From contig NC_086108.1 of the NCBI RefSeq assembly GCF_963921235.1, positions 9,300,001 to 9,364,000 of the forward strand: 64,000 nucleotides of DNA, read 5' to 3'. A program made the position numbers and the translations under genes. This DNA comes from Mobula hypostoma (Eukaryota). The notes under the pieces are model-generated. The model was not told the origin of the DNA and did not search any database. It was given only the letters and a program-made list of their open reading frames with translations. Shown piece by piece: positions 25,743 through 40,200 of this stretch (position 1 is the stretch's first letter; each line of letters opens with the position of its first letter).

Positions 25743-27310
25743 AAAGCAACACACATCAAAGTTGCTGGTGAACGTAGCAGGCCAGGCAGCATCTCTAGGA
25801 AGAGGTACAGTCGACGTTTCAGGCCGAGACCCTTCGTCAGGACTAACTGAAGGAAGAGTTAGTAAGAGATTTGAAAGTTGGAGGGGGAGAGGGAGATCCA
25901 AAATGATAGGAGAAGACAGGAGGGGGAGGGATGGAGCCAAGAGCTGGACAGGTGATTGGCAAAGGGGATAAGAGAGGATCATAGGACAGGAGGCCCAGGG
26001 AGAAAGACAAGGGGGGGAGGGGAACCCAGAGGATGGGCAAGGGGTATTGTCAGAGGGACAGAGGGAGAAAAAGGAGAGTGAGAGAAAGAATGTGTGTATA
26101 TAAATAAATAACGGATGGGGTACGAGGGGGAGGTGGGGCATTAGCGGAAGTTAGAGAAGTCAATGTTCATGGCATCAGGTTGGAGGCTACCCAGATGGAA
26201 TATAAGGTGTTGTTCCTCCAACCTGAGTGTGGCTTCATCTTTACAGTAGAGGAGGCCGTGGATAGACATGTCAGAATGGGAATGGGATGTGGAATTAAAA
26301 TATGTGACCCTCTGGGAGATCCTGCTTTCTCTGGCGGACAGAGCGTAGATGTTCAGCAAAGCGGTCTCCCAGTCTGCGTCGGGTCTCGCCAATATATAGA
26401 AGGCCACATCGGGAGCACCAGACGCAGTACATCACCCCAGCCGACTCACAGATGAAGTGTCGCCTCACCTGGAAGGACTGTCTGGGGCCCTGAATGGTGG
26501 TAAGGGAGGAAGTGTAAGGGCATGTGTAGCACTTGTTCCGCTTACAAGGATAAGTGCCAGGAGGGAGATCAGTGGGGAGGGATGGGGGGGTACAAATGGA
26601 CAAGGGAGTCGCGTAGGGAGCGATCCCTGCGGAAAGCAGAGGGTGGGGGAGGGAAAGATGTGCTTAGTGGTGGGATCTCTTTGGAGGTGGCGGAAGTTAC
26701 GGAGGATAATATGTTGGACCCAGAGGCTGGTAGGGTGGTAGGTGAGGACCAGGGGAACCCTATTCCTAGTGGGGTGGTGGGAGGATGGAGTGAGAGCAGA
26801 TGTGCGTGAAATGGGGGAGATGCATTTGAGAGCAGAGTTGATGGTGGAGGAAGGGAAGCCCCTTTCTTTAAAAAAGGAGGACATCTCCCTCGTCCTGGAA
26901 TGAAAAGCCTCATCCTGAGAACAGATGCGGCGAAGACGGAGGAATTGCGAGAAGGGGATGGCATTTTTGCAAGAGACAGGGTGAGAAGAGGAGTAGTCCA
27001 GATAGCTGTGAGAGTCAGTAGGCTTATAGTAGACATCAGTGGATAAGCTGTCTCCAGAGACAGAGACAGAAAGATCTAGAAAGGGGAGGGAGGTGTCGGA
27101 AATGGACCAGGTAAACTTGAGGGCAGGGTGAAAGTTGGAGGCAAAGTTAATAAAGTCAACAAGCTCAGCATGCGTGCAGGAAACAGTGCCAATGCAGTTG
27201 TCGATGTAGTGAAGGAAAAGTGGGGGACAGATACCAGAATAGGCACGGAACATAGATTGTTCCACAAAGCCAACAAAAAGGCAGGCATAGCTAGGACCCA
27301 TACGGGTGAT
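25743..27310 (-). mobile_element. Penelope-like retroelement, 5'-truncated (RT C-half, GIY-YIG endonuclease, pLTR)
   Basis: MGPSYACLFVG...YIDN(D)C...FLDL...DVYYKPTDSH RT motifs. CxxxxCxxC and VMYCVWCSRCGLLYIGETRRRLGDRFAEH GIY-YIG motifs. 15-bp TSD ATCCTCAGAGATATT at 25728-25742 and 27311-27325. Confidence 0.93.
25809..25844 (-). ncRNA. Minimal hammerhead ribozyme motif in PLE pLTR
   Basis: Minus strand reads AGUC-CUGACGA-A-GGGU-CUCG-GCCU-GAAAC-GUC-GACU: core boxes, stems I and II, and palindromic ACGU helix III. Confidence 0.7.
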
Positions 27311-28289
27311 ATCCTCAGAGATATTGTCACCTGCTACTGAAGTCTGGTGATGGCTTGCTGGTGGTTAATAAGGCAAGAAATATGACTAAATACTTTATTA
27401 ATAACATTTTCTTTGTGGTATATTTTGGTAACTATCACTGCAAACAATGAAGAGGCAAGTGACTGGGAGGCTGACTTGAGGGTTGAGCTGTGCAGGCGCG
27501 ATGCAAAGTCAAAGAGAAGCTAGGTCGAGGCATGGTCGAGTTGGAGATGGAGTTGGAGCGAGTGAATCGGAGGGGAGTCAATACGGAAGAGTTTTGGAGC
27601 CTGTTCACCTAAACCAGGAGCGAGGTTGGATCGATATAAGCACCGAGTTGATTTGGAAAGGTCCAGAATACCCTTGGGCTACAGGCCAAGAGTGTATCGC
27701 TGTGGTGGAGCCCAGGTCCTAGTGTGGAGGACAACTCGCTGTTTGAATGATTTAAAGACTGATAGATTGAGAAGTCGGGGTGTTGGGACAGGAGGCAAGG
27801 ATCGGGCCAATTCCACGTGCTCTTCCGCGATGCTCATGCCTCTCTCCGTGGCGCTGAGGCTGTGGGCCTACTTAGGCTGCTCTGTGATTTGTGCTTATGG
27901 ACACTATTTGGTTTAGAAAGCTGTTGCTTCCGTTTCTTGTTTGCATGATTTGTGTTTTTTTCCCTTCCTCTGCACATTGGGTGTTTTTAATTGGGTTATT
28001 TCGGGTTTCTTGCTTTGTGGCTGCCTTTAAGCAGACAAATCTCAAGGTTGAATAATGTATACATACTTTGATACTAAATAATCCTTTGAAGAGGTGTTTG
28101 TAATCCAGATGCTGTGGACACTCAGTTGTTGGGAGTCTCTGGTGAGAGCTAGGAAAGGATAACTCTTTTGGAATTAACTGATGATGCCACTCACCACAAC
28201 AGGGTGGTGTAATATATCAGTCACTGCTCCAGTGCTCTAAAGGGGAGAAGTGTTGTCCTGTACACTGGAAGCAGCACCCTAGTTCCATA

Positions 28290-28735
28290 TTATTCATCAT
28301 TATTATTATGTGTTGTGTTGTATGATGTGGGCGATTGTGGTCTTTGACCATGATTGCTCTTGGGAGATTTTTCTATGGAAGTGGTTTGCCATTGCCTTCT
28401 TCTGGGCAGTGTCTTTACAAGACCGGTGACTCCAGCCATTATCAAAACTCTTCAGAGATTGTCTGCCTGGTGTCAGTGGTCACATAACCAGGACTTGTGA
28501 TATGAACCAGCTGCTCGTACGACCATCCACCACCTGCTCCCATGGCTTCACGTGACCCTGATAGAGTGGGGGGGGGGGAAGGGAGGGACTAAGCAGGTGC
28601 TACAGCTTGCCACCTTGCCCAAGGGTGACCTGCAGGTGATACACCTTGCCACCTTGCCCAAGGGTGACCTGCAGGCTACTGGGGGAAGGGGTACCTTACA
28701 CCTCATTCGGCAAGAGACGTATTCACCCTGCCACC
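28290..28735 (-). mobile_element. SINE-like repeat with RTE/Sauria-like tail (copy 3, with internal 39-bp duplication)
   Basis: Reverse complement of 17294-17672; cttgccaccttgcccaagggtgacctgcagg occurs twice, 39 bp apart. Confidence 0.65.
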
Positions 28736-31288
28736 AGAAAGTAATCGGGATTACGGGGAGTAGGAACAAGAATAGCGTTGAGTGGGAATATAAATCAGCC
28801 GTGTTAAAATACAAAACAGACTTGATGAGCTAAATGATCTAATTCTACTCCTATGACTTACCATCCTACTAAACTAACTAATTGTGCCCTCTGCAAGCCT
28901 CACAAAATGTCAGAATCCCAGTGGTACCATCTACCCAGGCTACTGTTCTTAATTTATGGGAAATATTTTGTGACAGATTACAGTGTTAGACCATATAGTC
29001 TAACGTCATCCTCATTCTTGGCAGTTTCTCCAAGAGACTCAAGTAACCTTTGTTGATAAAGTGGCCAAAATGAAATTAAGTTTTGCAGACTTAGACCATA
29101 AGACATATGAACAGAATTAGGTCATTTAGCCCATAGAGTTTGCTCCGCCATTCAATCATGGCTGATCCTTTCTCCCCCTCCTTAAAGGCATTACCCAACC
29201 TTCTCCCTGCAACCTTTGATGCTGAATCCTATCAAGCTGTGCCATAATTACACTTAAAGACCCGGCCTCCACAGCTGCACGTGGTAACAAATTCCACAAA
29301 TTCACCACCCTCTGGCTAAAGAACTTTCTCTGCATCTCTGTTTTAAATGGATGCCCCTCTATCTTGAGGCTGTGCCCTCTTGTCCTAGATTCTTTCACCA
29401 TGGGAAACATCCTTTTCACATCTACTCTGTCTAGGCCTTTCAACATTCGAAAGATTTCAATGAGATCCCCCCTCATCCTTCTAATTTCCAGTGAGTACAG
29501 ACCCAGAACCGTCAAATATTCCTCATATGATAACTTTTCATTCCCAGAATCATCCTTGTAAACCGCCTCTGGACCTTCTCCAGTGCCAGCACATATTTTC
29601 TTAGATGAGGAGCCCAAAACTGTTCACAATACTCAAGGTGAGGCCTTACCAGTGCCTTGTAAAGTCTCAGCATCACTTCTCTACTCTTGTATTCAACACC
29701 TCTTGAAATGAATGCTAACATTGCATTTGCCTTCCTTACCACTGACTCAATCTGCAAGTTAACCTTTAGGGTGCTCTGCTCCCTTTGTATCTCAGATTTT
29801 TGGATGTGCTCCTCATTTAGAAAATAGTCTGTATATTAATTTCTACTACCAAAGTGCATGACCATGAATTTTCCAACATTGTATTTCATTCGCCACTTTC
29901 TTGCCCATTCTGCTAATCTGTCTAAGTCCTTCTGCAACCTACCTGTTTCCTCAACACTACCTGCCCGTCCACCAATCTTCATATCATCTGTAAGCTTGGC
30001 AACAAATTCCATCATCTAAATCATTTATATACAGCATAAAAAGAAGTGGTTCCAACACCGACCCCTGCGGAACATCACTAGTCACTGGCAGCCAACCAGA
30101 AAATAATCCTTTTATTCCCACTTGCTTCCTTTTACCAATCAGCCAATGCTGTAACAATGCCAGTAACTATCCTGTAATACCATGGCCTCTTAACTTGTTC
30201 AGCAGCCACATATGTGGCGCCTTGTCAAAGGCCTTCTGAAAGTCCAAATATACAATATCCACTGCATCCCCTTTATCTATCCTACTTGTAATCTCCTCAA
30301 AGAATTTCAACAGGTTTGTCAGGCAAGATTTTCCCTTAAGGAAACCATGCTGACTTTGTCCTGTCTTGTCCTGTGTCACCAAGTATTCCATAACCTCATC
30401 CTTAACAATTGACTCTAACATCTTTCCAACCATGAGGTCAGGTTAACTGGTCTATAATTTCCTTTCTGCTGCCTTCTTTCTTCCTTAAAGAGTGGAGAGA
30501 CATTTGCAATTTTCCAGTCCTCTGGTGCCATGCCAGAGTCCAATGATTTTTGAAAGATATTGCTAATACCTCCACAGTCTCTAACACTAACTCTTTCAGA
30601 ACCTTAGGGTGCAGTTCATCTGGTCTGGGTGACTTATGTACCCTTGGGTTTTTCAGCTTTTTGAGCACCTTCTCCCTTGTAATAGTAACTGCACTCACTT
30701 CTCTTCCTTCACACACTACATCTGGCACACTGCTAGTATCTTCCACAGAGAAAACTGATGCAAAATACACATTTACTTTATCTGCCATCTCCTTGTCCCC
30801 CATTATTATTTCTCCTGCCTCATTTTCTAGCAGACCTATATCCACTTTCATCTTTTAATTTTGACATACTTGGGAAAGCTTTTACTATCCACTTTGATTT
30901 TGTGTGCTAGCTTGCTTTCATATTTCATCTTTTCCGTTCTCATGATTTTTTTAGTTGCTCTCTGTAGGTTTTTAAAAACTTCTCAATCCTCTATCTTCTC
31001 ACTACTTCTTGCTTTATTGTATGCCCTCCCTTTTGTTTACACATAAGCTTTGACTTCCCTTGTCAGCCATGGTTGTACTATTTTGCCATTTGAGTATTTC
31101 TTCGTTTTTGGAATACATCTGTCATGCACTTTCCTTATTTTTCCCAGAAACTCACATCATTGCTGCTCTGCTGTTATCCCTGCCAGCATCTCCTTCCAAT
31201 TTACTTTGGCCAATTCCTCTCTCATACCACTGTAATTTACTTTACTCCACTGTAATACTGCTCCATCAGACTTTACTTTCTCCCTATC

Positions 31289-34200
31289 CATAGAAACCAT
31301 AGAAAAACTACAGCACAGAAACAGGACTCTTGGCCCTTCTTGGCTGTGCCGAACCATTTTCTGCCTAGTCCCACTGACCTGCACACGGACCATATCCCTC
31401 CATACACCTCCCATCCATGTATCTGTCCAATTTATTCTTAAATGTTAAAAAAGAACTCGCATTTACCACCTCGTCTGACAGCTCATTCCACACTCCCACC
31501 ACTCTCTGTGTGAAGAAGCCCCCCCCAAAGTTCCCTTTAAACTTTTCCCCCCTCACCCTTAACCCATGTCCTCTGTTTTCTTTTTCTCCCCTTGCCTCAG
31601 TGGAAAAAGCCTGCTTGCATTCACTCTATCTATACCCATCATAATTTTATATACCTCTATCAAATCTCCCTTCATTCTTCTACGCTCCAGGGAATAAAGT
31701 CCTAACCTATTCAACCTTTCTCTGTAACTGAGTTTCTCAAGTCCCGGCAATATCCTTGTAAACCTTCTCTGCACTCTTTCAACCTTATTAATATCCTTCC
31801 TGTAATTTGGTGACCAAAACTGAACACAGTACTCCAGATTCGGCCTCACCAGTGCCTTATACAACCTCTTCGTAACATTCCAGCTCTTATACTCAATACT
31901 TTGATTAATAAAGGCCAATGTACCAAAAGCTCTCTTTACGACCCTATCTACTCGTGACACCACTTTTAGGGAATTTTGTATTTGTATTCCCAGATCCCTC
32001 TGTTCTACTGCACTTCTCAGTGCCTTACCATTTACCCTGTATGTTCTACCTTGGTTTGTCCTTCCAAAGTGCAATACCTCACACTTGTCTGTATTAAACT
32101 CCATCTGCCATTTTTCAGCCCATTTTTCCAGCTGGTCCAAATCCCTCTGCAAGCTATGAAAACCTTCTTCATTGATCACTACACCTCCAAAGTTTGTATC
32201 ATCAGCAAATTTGCTGATCCAATTTACCACATTATCATCTAGATCGTTGATATAGATGACAAATAACAATGGACCCAGCGCCGATCCCTGTGGCACACCA
32301 CTAGTCACAGGCCTCCACTCTGAGAAGCAATCCTCTACTACCACTCTTTGGTTTCTTCCATTGAGCCAATGTCTAATCCAACTTACCACCTGTCCATGTA
32401 TACCTAGCGACTGAATTTTCCTAACACACCTCCCATGCGGGACCTTGTCAAAGGCCTTACTGAAGTCCATGTAGACAACATCCACTGCCTTCCCTTCATC
32501 CACTTTCCTGGTAACCTCCTCGAAAAACTCCAATAGATTGGTCAAACATGACCTACCACGTACAAAGCCATGTTGACTCTCCCTAATAAGTCCCTGTCTA
32601 TCCAAATGCTTGTAGATTTTGTCTCTTAGTATTCCCTCCAATAACTTAACCACTACCGACGTCAAATTTAACCGGCCTATAATTTCCCAGATTACTTTTC
32701 AATCCTTTTTTAAACAATGGAACAGCATGAGCCATTCTCCAATCCTCCGGCACCTCAGCTGTAGACACCGACATTTTAAATATATCTGCCAGGGCCCCTG
32801 CAATTTCAACACTAGTTTCCTTCAAGGTCTGAGGGAATACCCTGTCAGGTCCTGGGGATTTATCCACTTTAATTTGCCTCAAGATAGCAAGCACCTCCTC
32901 CTTTTCAATCTGTATAGTTTCCATGATCTCTCTACTTGTTTCCCTTAATTCCATAGACTTCATGCCAGTTTGCTTAGTAAATACAGATGCAAAAAGCCCA
33001 TTTAAGATCTCCCCCATTTCTTTTGGTTCCGCACATAGCCGACCACTCTGATCTTCAAGAAGACCAATTTTATCCCTTACAATCCTTTTACTCTTAATAT
33101 ACCTGTAAAAGCTCTTTGGATTATCCTTCACTTTGACTGCCAAGGCAACCTCATGTCTTCTTTTAGCCCTCCTGATTTCCTTCTTAAGTATTTTCTTGCA
33201 CTTTTTATACTCCTCAAGCACCTTATTTACTTCCTGTTTCCTATACATGTCTCTCTTCTTCTTTATCAGAGATACAATATCCCTTGAGAACCAAGGTTCC
33301 TTATTCCTATTCACTTTGCCTTTAATCCTGACAGGAACATACAAGCTCTGCACTCTCAAAATTTCTGCTTTGAAGGCTTCCCACTTACCGATCACATCCT
33401 TGCCAGAGAACAACCTGTCCCAATCCACGCTTTTCAGATCCTTTCTCATTTCTTCAAATTTGGCCTTCTTCCAGTTTAGAACCTCAACCCTGGGACCAGA
33501 TCTATCTTTATCCATGATCAAGTTGAAACTAATGGTGTTATGATCACTGGAACCAAAGTGCTCCCCTACACACACTTCCGTCACTTGTCCTAACTCATTT
33601 CCTGATAGGATATCTAATATTGCTTCCCCTCTAGTTGGTACCTCTATATATTGATTTAGAAAACTTTCCTGAACACATTTTACAAACTCTAACCCATCTA
33701 GACCCCTAACAGTATGGGAGTCCCAATCAATATGTGGAAATTAAAATCCCCTACCACCACAACTTTATGTTTCTTGCAGTTGCCTGCTATCTCTCTGCAG
33801 ATTTGCTCCTCCAATTCTCACTGACTATTGGGTAGTCTATAATACAACCCCACTAATGTGGCCATACCTTTCCTGTTTCTCAGCTCCACCCATAAGGACT
33901 CAGTAGACAAGCCCTCTAATCTGCCCTGCTTGAACACTGCTGTAATATTTTCCCTAACAAGCAATGCAACCTCCCCCCCACCTTTCATTCCTCTGCCTCG
34001 ATCACATCTGAAACATCGGAACCCTGGAATATTAAGCTGCCAGTCCTGCCCTTCCTGTAGCCAAGTTTCACTGATTGCTATAACGTCATAATTCCACGTG
34101 TCAATCCACGCCCTCAACTCGTCTGCCTTCCCCGCAATACTCCTAGCATTGAAATATATACACCTCAGAAGATTTTTACCACCACTCACAACCTTTCTAT

Positions 34201-35620
34201 TAGCGGCTTTGCTTGAACTTTTAACATCATTTATTTTCACCCCAGCCTCACTGTCAGCTCTGGCACTGTGGTTCCCATCCCCCTGCAAATCTAGTTTAAA
34301 GCCTCCCCAACAGCACTAACAAACCTCCCTGAAAGTAGTTCAAGTGTAACCCGCCTCTCTTGTACAGGTCCCACCTGTCCCAGAAGAGGTCCCAATGATC
34401 CTGAAATCTGAAACCCTGCTCCCTGCACCAGTTCCTCAGCCACTTGTTCATCCTCCAGAGCATCCTATTCTTAACCTCACTGGCACGTAGCATAGGTAGC
34501 AATCCTGAGATTACCACCCTCGAGGTCCTGCTTTTCAACTTCCTACCTTACTCACTCTCCAGGACCTCCTCACTCTTCCATGCTATTTCATTGGTACCGA
34601 TGTGCACCACGACATCTGGCTGATCACCCTCCCACTTCAGAGTGTCATGCAAGCGATCAGAGACATCCTTGACCCTGGCACCTGGGAGGCAACAAACCAT
34701 CCTGGATTCTCTGTCACGACCACAGAACCTCCTATCTATACCTCTAACTATCGAGTCCCCTATCACTACTGCTCTCCTCTTTTTCCACTCTCCCTTCTGC
34801 ACTACAGAACCAGACTCAGTGCCAGAGATCTGGCTGCTGCAGCTTGTCCCAGGTAAGTCATCCCCCCCAACAGTATCCAATGCGGTATACTTGTTGTTGA
34901 GGGGAATGGCCACAGGGGAGCCCTGCTCTGCCTGCCCTTTCCTCTTCCCTCGCCTGAAAGTGACCCAACTTCCTGTGCTCTGCTCCTTTGGCGTAACTAC
35001 CTCCCTGTAGCTACTATCTATAATCTTCTCATTCTCCCGAATGATCCGCAGGTCATCCAGTTCCTGCTCCAGTTCCCTAACGCGGTTTGTTAGGAGCTGC
35101 TGCTGGATGCACTTCTTGTAGGTGTTGTTGTCAGGGACACCGGAGGGCTCCCTGACTTTCCACACCCTGCAAGAGGAGCATTCCAACATCCTGCCTGGCA
35201 TTCTGTCTACTCTAAACGAACTGGACAAAAAACTTACTGGAACCTACTCTGGCCTCTGCCTGTTCTCGCCGAAGCCTGTTGAGCCAAAACCGTCCCACTC
35301 TGCTCCCTCTCCCTCCGCTGCCCGCTGTATATGGTAGTCTGTTTTTAATCCTTAGCGTGCTACGTCACGCGCCTGCGCAGTGCAGACCCTTCTCCCCGAG
35401 CAGTGTTTTAAAAAAAAGACTTTTTGCACCTGATTTCTTCACTCCCTTCTTCTCAGCTGCTTGCTTCGACTGAAACAAGAACCGTTGAAAATTTCTCTTT
35501 TTAAACCTTGGCGTGCTACGTCATGCGCCTGCGCAATGCAGACACTTCTCCCCGAGCAGTGTTTAAAAAAAAAAGACTCTTTGCACCCAATTTCTTCACC
35601 CCCTTCTTCTCAACTGCTTG
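31289..35620 (-). mobile_element. Apparently full-length CR1 LINE (5' UTR, ORF1 Zn-knuckle/coiled-coil/SGNH esterase, ORF2 APE-RT, tail)
   Basis: ORF1 about 35201-34296 (CSSC, coiled coil, VIGDSIVR, VHIGTNE, LHLN). ORF2 about 34220-31400 (CIYFNARS, ISETWL, SDH, KFADD) broken by a few lesions. TSD CTATC at 31284-31288 and 35621-35625. Confidence 0.92.
35341..35620 (-). promoter_or_regulatory. Tandem 156-bp-period monomers in the CR1 5' UTR, each with NRF1-like and CRE-like motifs (putative internal promoter)
   Basis: TACGTCA at 35361 and 35517; GCGCCTGCGCA at 35369 and 35525. The monomers align over more than 120 bp. Confidence 0.55.
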
Positions 35621-37288
35621 CTATCAAGTTTCATGTTGAACTCAATCATATTGTGATCACTGGCTCCTAAGGACTCTTTTGTCTTAAGTTCCCTACATTA
35701 CATAACAGTTCATTACATAACACCCAATCCAGTATAGCTGATTCCCTAGTAGGCTCAATGACAAACTTCTCTAAAAAGCCATCTCATCGGCATTCAACAA
35801 ACCCACTTTCTTGAGATCCATTACCAAACTGATTTTCCCAATCAACCTGGATGTTAAAATCTCCCATGACTACCATCACATTGCCCTTTTGACACACCTT
35901 TTCTATTCTTGTTGTAATCTGTGGTCCACCTCCCAGGTATTGTTGGGAGGCCTGTATATAACTGCCATCAGAATCCTGCTTCTCAGCTTTCTGCCTCCCT
36001 CTCTTAAATTGTCTCTTCAAGACCTCATTTCTTTTCCTTCCTATGTCATTGGTACATCTGGCTGCTCTCTCTCCCTCTCTAAAATGCTGTGGATGTGTGC
36101 CACAATGTCCCTGATCCCGGCACCTGGGAGGTAACGTACCATCCAGATGTCCTGTTCACATCCACAGAATTTTCTGTCTGTTCCTCTTGACTAGTTAGCC
36201 CCCTATCACTACACCTCCACTCTTCTCCCTTTTTACCTTTTGCACCATGGACCCATGCCAATGTCATGGTCTCTGTGGCATTCCCTTGGGAGGTCATCCC
36301 CCACAACAAAACAGTATGCTTATCATGAAGAGGAATGGCCACAGGGGTCCTTTGCGCAAACTGCCTATTCATATTTCCATTTCTCCTGACAGTCACCCAG
36401 CTACTCACCTCCTGCAACTTCAGGGTTCAGTTCCCATTGCGTTTGCCCGTAGTTCTATAGTGACAGAAACTCAAGTCAAGCTTATTGTCATTCAACTTTA
36501 TACATGTGTACTGAAAACTGAGACAACGTTTCTCCAGACCAGGGCATAAAGCACAGTAAGTACACATAACACACATATGACACAAAATAGATAGATAGAC
36601 ATACTTTATTGATCCCGAGGGAAATTGGGTTTCGTTACAGCTGCACCAACCAAGAATAGAGCATAAACATAGCAATACAAAAACCACAAACAATCAAACA
36701 ACAATATGCAAACTATGCCAGATGGAAATAAGTCCAGGACCAGCCTATTGGCTCAGGGTGTCTGACCCTCCACGGGAGGAGCTGCAAAGTTCAATGGCCA
36801 CAGGCAGGAACAACCTCCCATGATGCCCAGTGTTGTATCTCGGTGGAATAGCTTAAGAAAGTAAGAATTAAATCTATAAGTGAATTACGCATAAATACAC
36901 AAAGTAAAGTGCATAAATTAAATATTGTAGGGTACAGTACTAATTATCTGGTAACACTTTGAATGCAATGTGGCAGGGAGTTCAGAAGCCTGGGGGAAGA
37001 AACCCCAGGATGTTCCCCATCCTGACTGTTCTTGTTTTTATGCATTGGACTCTCCTGCCTGATGGTAGAAAGTCAAAGAGAATGCTGGATGGATGGATGC
37101 GATCCTTGATAATACTAAGGGCCCTGCATATGTAGCGCTCCTATTAAATGTCCGATGGATGGTAGGGAGATCCCTATGATCCTCTTGGCCATTCTCACAG
37201 ACCTTTGTAGGGACTTCCAGTCTGATGTTCTGCTGCTCCCAGACCAGATGGAGATGCAACTTGTTAGGACGCTCTCAACGGTGCTCCT

Positions 37289-40200
37289 AAGACAAGGAAA
37301 GGATTCTACAGGCAGCTGCTCGAGCTGCCAAAGATAGAAAAGGGCCATTGATAATTAAAGGGAACAAAGTTTTTTTCTACCCTGATATAAGTTACGAACT
37401 TTTGAAGAAAAGGAAGAAGATTAATCCAGTGAAAAAAACCCTATGGGAACATGGTTATCAATTTATACTGCGTTATCCTGCAACTTTGAAGATTTTTTTG
37501 CCTGGTGGAGAAAAAAGATTTTTTGATGACTACCAGAAAGCAAGGCAGTTTGTGCGAGATTCTCAGAGTATTCACCAGATACAAGAACAAACTCAGGACA
37601 GCGAGATAGATTGAAGATGAAGATTGGATTAAAGAATGGACTTGTTGGATTTTTGAAGCTGGATGAATGTATAAATATATTATTAATTATATGAGGGGGG
37701 TAAGAAAGGTTAATACTGGAGGGAATAGTAATACTAATTTTGTCTATAAATATATAACTTTTTTTGTTGCGGGGGAGCTGGAAGAAGCACTGATCGATTG
37801 CTACGTTAATCATGTGTGCAAGTGTGGCTTTTGCCGCGACCCGTAAAATGGAGGGGGGTAGTGTTGTGTATCCTTTCATTCACAACATTAGTGGGGGGGT
37901 ATTTTGTTTTTTCTTTTTTTTTCTATCTTTTTTTCTTTTTGCCTGGAAGGTTGGGGGGGGGGGGAACACATAGCAACATGGTGAAGTTTGAAGAGATTTC
38001 CCAAGGAACTATGAGAGTTGAGAAGATAAGTAATGTTTTAGATTGGAGTAACTTTGTTAAGAATAATGACTAATTTATTGAATTTTTTGAGTTTTAATGT
38101 TAATGGGCTTAATGGACCAGTGAAAAGAAAAAGAATCTTAACATATATTAAAAAAATGAAGATAGATTTAGCTTTTTTACAGGAAACGCACCTAACGGAA
38201 ACAGAACATCAGAAACTAAAGAGAGATTGGGTAGGTAGTGTTGTTGCGGCTTCATTTAATTCAAAGGCGAGGGGAGTAGCAATTTTGATCAATAAAACGT
38301 TACCAATTAGAATACAAAATGTAATAACTGATTCTGCGGGGAGATATGTGATTATACATTATCAACTTTTCTCTGAATTATGGACATTTATGAATATTTA
38401 TGCACCAAACGAAAATGATGCAAAATTCATACAAGAAGCTTTTTTGAATTTGGCGGATGCACATGAAAAAATATTAATTGGAGGAGACTTTAATTTTTGC
38501 TTAGACCCAGTCTTAGATAGATCAACCAAGGCTGTTATAAAATCGAAGGTAGTAAATTTAACTTTATCATTGATGAAAGATTTAAATTTGATTGATATAT
38601 GGAGAAGAATCAATCCTAAAGAAAGAGACTATTCGTTCTATTCCCATAGACATAAAACTTTCTCAAGGATAGATTTGTTTCTATTATCAATGCATATTCA
38701 ACACAGAGTGAAAAATATGGAATATAAAGCAAGAATATTATCAGATCATTCCCCTTTATTAATGACAATAATAATGGCTGATAAGGAAGAAGTGGCTTAT
38801 AGATGGAGATTTAATTCAACATTATTAAAACGTCAAGATTTTTGTGATTTTATGAAAAAGCAGATTCAATTTTTTTTGGATACAAATTTTCATTCAGTGG
38901 AGGATAAATTTATATTATGGGATGTGATGAAAGCATATCTTAGGGGCCAGATAATAAGTTATACGTCTAAAATTAAGAAAGAATATATGGCAGAACTAGA
39001 TCAATTGGAAAAAGAGATTACAAGAATAGAAAAAGAATCTCAAAGATATATGTCAGAAGAAAAACGAAGACAACTTGTCAATAAGAAGTTACAATATAAT
39101 ACGCTTCAGACATATAGAACGGAAAAAGCAATTATAAGAACTAAACAAAGGTATTATGAGTTAGGTGAGAGAGCACATAAAATTCTTGCCTGGCAGTTGA
39201 AAACAGAACAAGCTTCCAAAACAATAAATGCAATTAGAACAAGGGCAAATAAAATATCTTATAAACCTCTTGAAATAAATGAAACCTTTAAAAATTTTTA
39301 TTCTGAATTATATCAATCAGAATCCCAAAATGATGTTAATGAGATAGAAAGGTTTTTATCACAAGTTTCTCTTCCAAAATTGAATTTGGAAGAACAGAGG
39401 GGATTAGATATGCCTTTTACATTAAAAGAAGTTGAAGAAGCTTTAGGATCACTCCAAAGTAATAAATCTCCAGGAGAAGATGGTTTTCCACCTGAATTTT
39501 ATAAAAAATTTAAAGATTTATTATTTCCTCTTTTTATGGAACTAATACGTCAAGCAGAAAAAATACATAAACCCAGAATCTTTTTCAACAGCGATTGTAA
39601 TAGTATTGCCAAAAAAGGACAGAGATCCTATGAAACCAACATCATACAGGCCTATTTCTTTATTGAATACGGATTATAAAATAATAGCAAAAATTTTATC
39701 GAATAGATTATCTAAATATTTACCAAAATTAATACATATGGATCAAACAGGATTTATTAAAAATAGACAATTGGCAGATAATGTAACTCGGCTACTCAGT
39801 ATAATTCACTTGGCACAAAACCGGGATGAGATGAGTATAGTAGTAGCTTTGGATGCAGAAAAAGCATTTGATAGATTAGAATGGGATTTTTTATTTAAAG
39901 TATTAGAAAAATATGGGTTAGGAACATCTTTTATAAATTGGATTAAAACTTTAAATTCTAACCCTAAAGCTAAAGTAGTGACAAACTCTCAAATTTCAAC
40001 ACCATTCCAGTTAAAAAGGTCAACTAGACAAGGTTGTCCACTATCACCTGCTTTATTTGTATTGGCGATAGAGCCATTAGCAGAACTAATTAGAATTGAT
40101 CCAGATATTATGGGTTTTAGAGTTAACCAAGAGGAATATAAAATTAATCTTTTTGCCAATGATGTTTTGATCTATTTAACAAACCCACAACATTCGTTAC

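Larger units (their letters stand above)
29093..36420 (-). mobile_element. CR1 LINE host element (29093-31288 and 35626 to about 36420) interrupted by a second CR1
   Basis: RT/APE fragments (YLDFQKAFDK, MGDFNIQVDWENQ) and an ORF1 remnant (SWVTVRR...PVAIPL). The host sequence resumes across the insert at CTATC. Confidence 0.85.

Noticed and set aside
37348..37614. L1TD1-like host gene
   Set aside because: It is the truncated ORF1 of the TSD-bounded L1.
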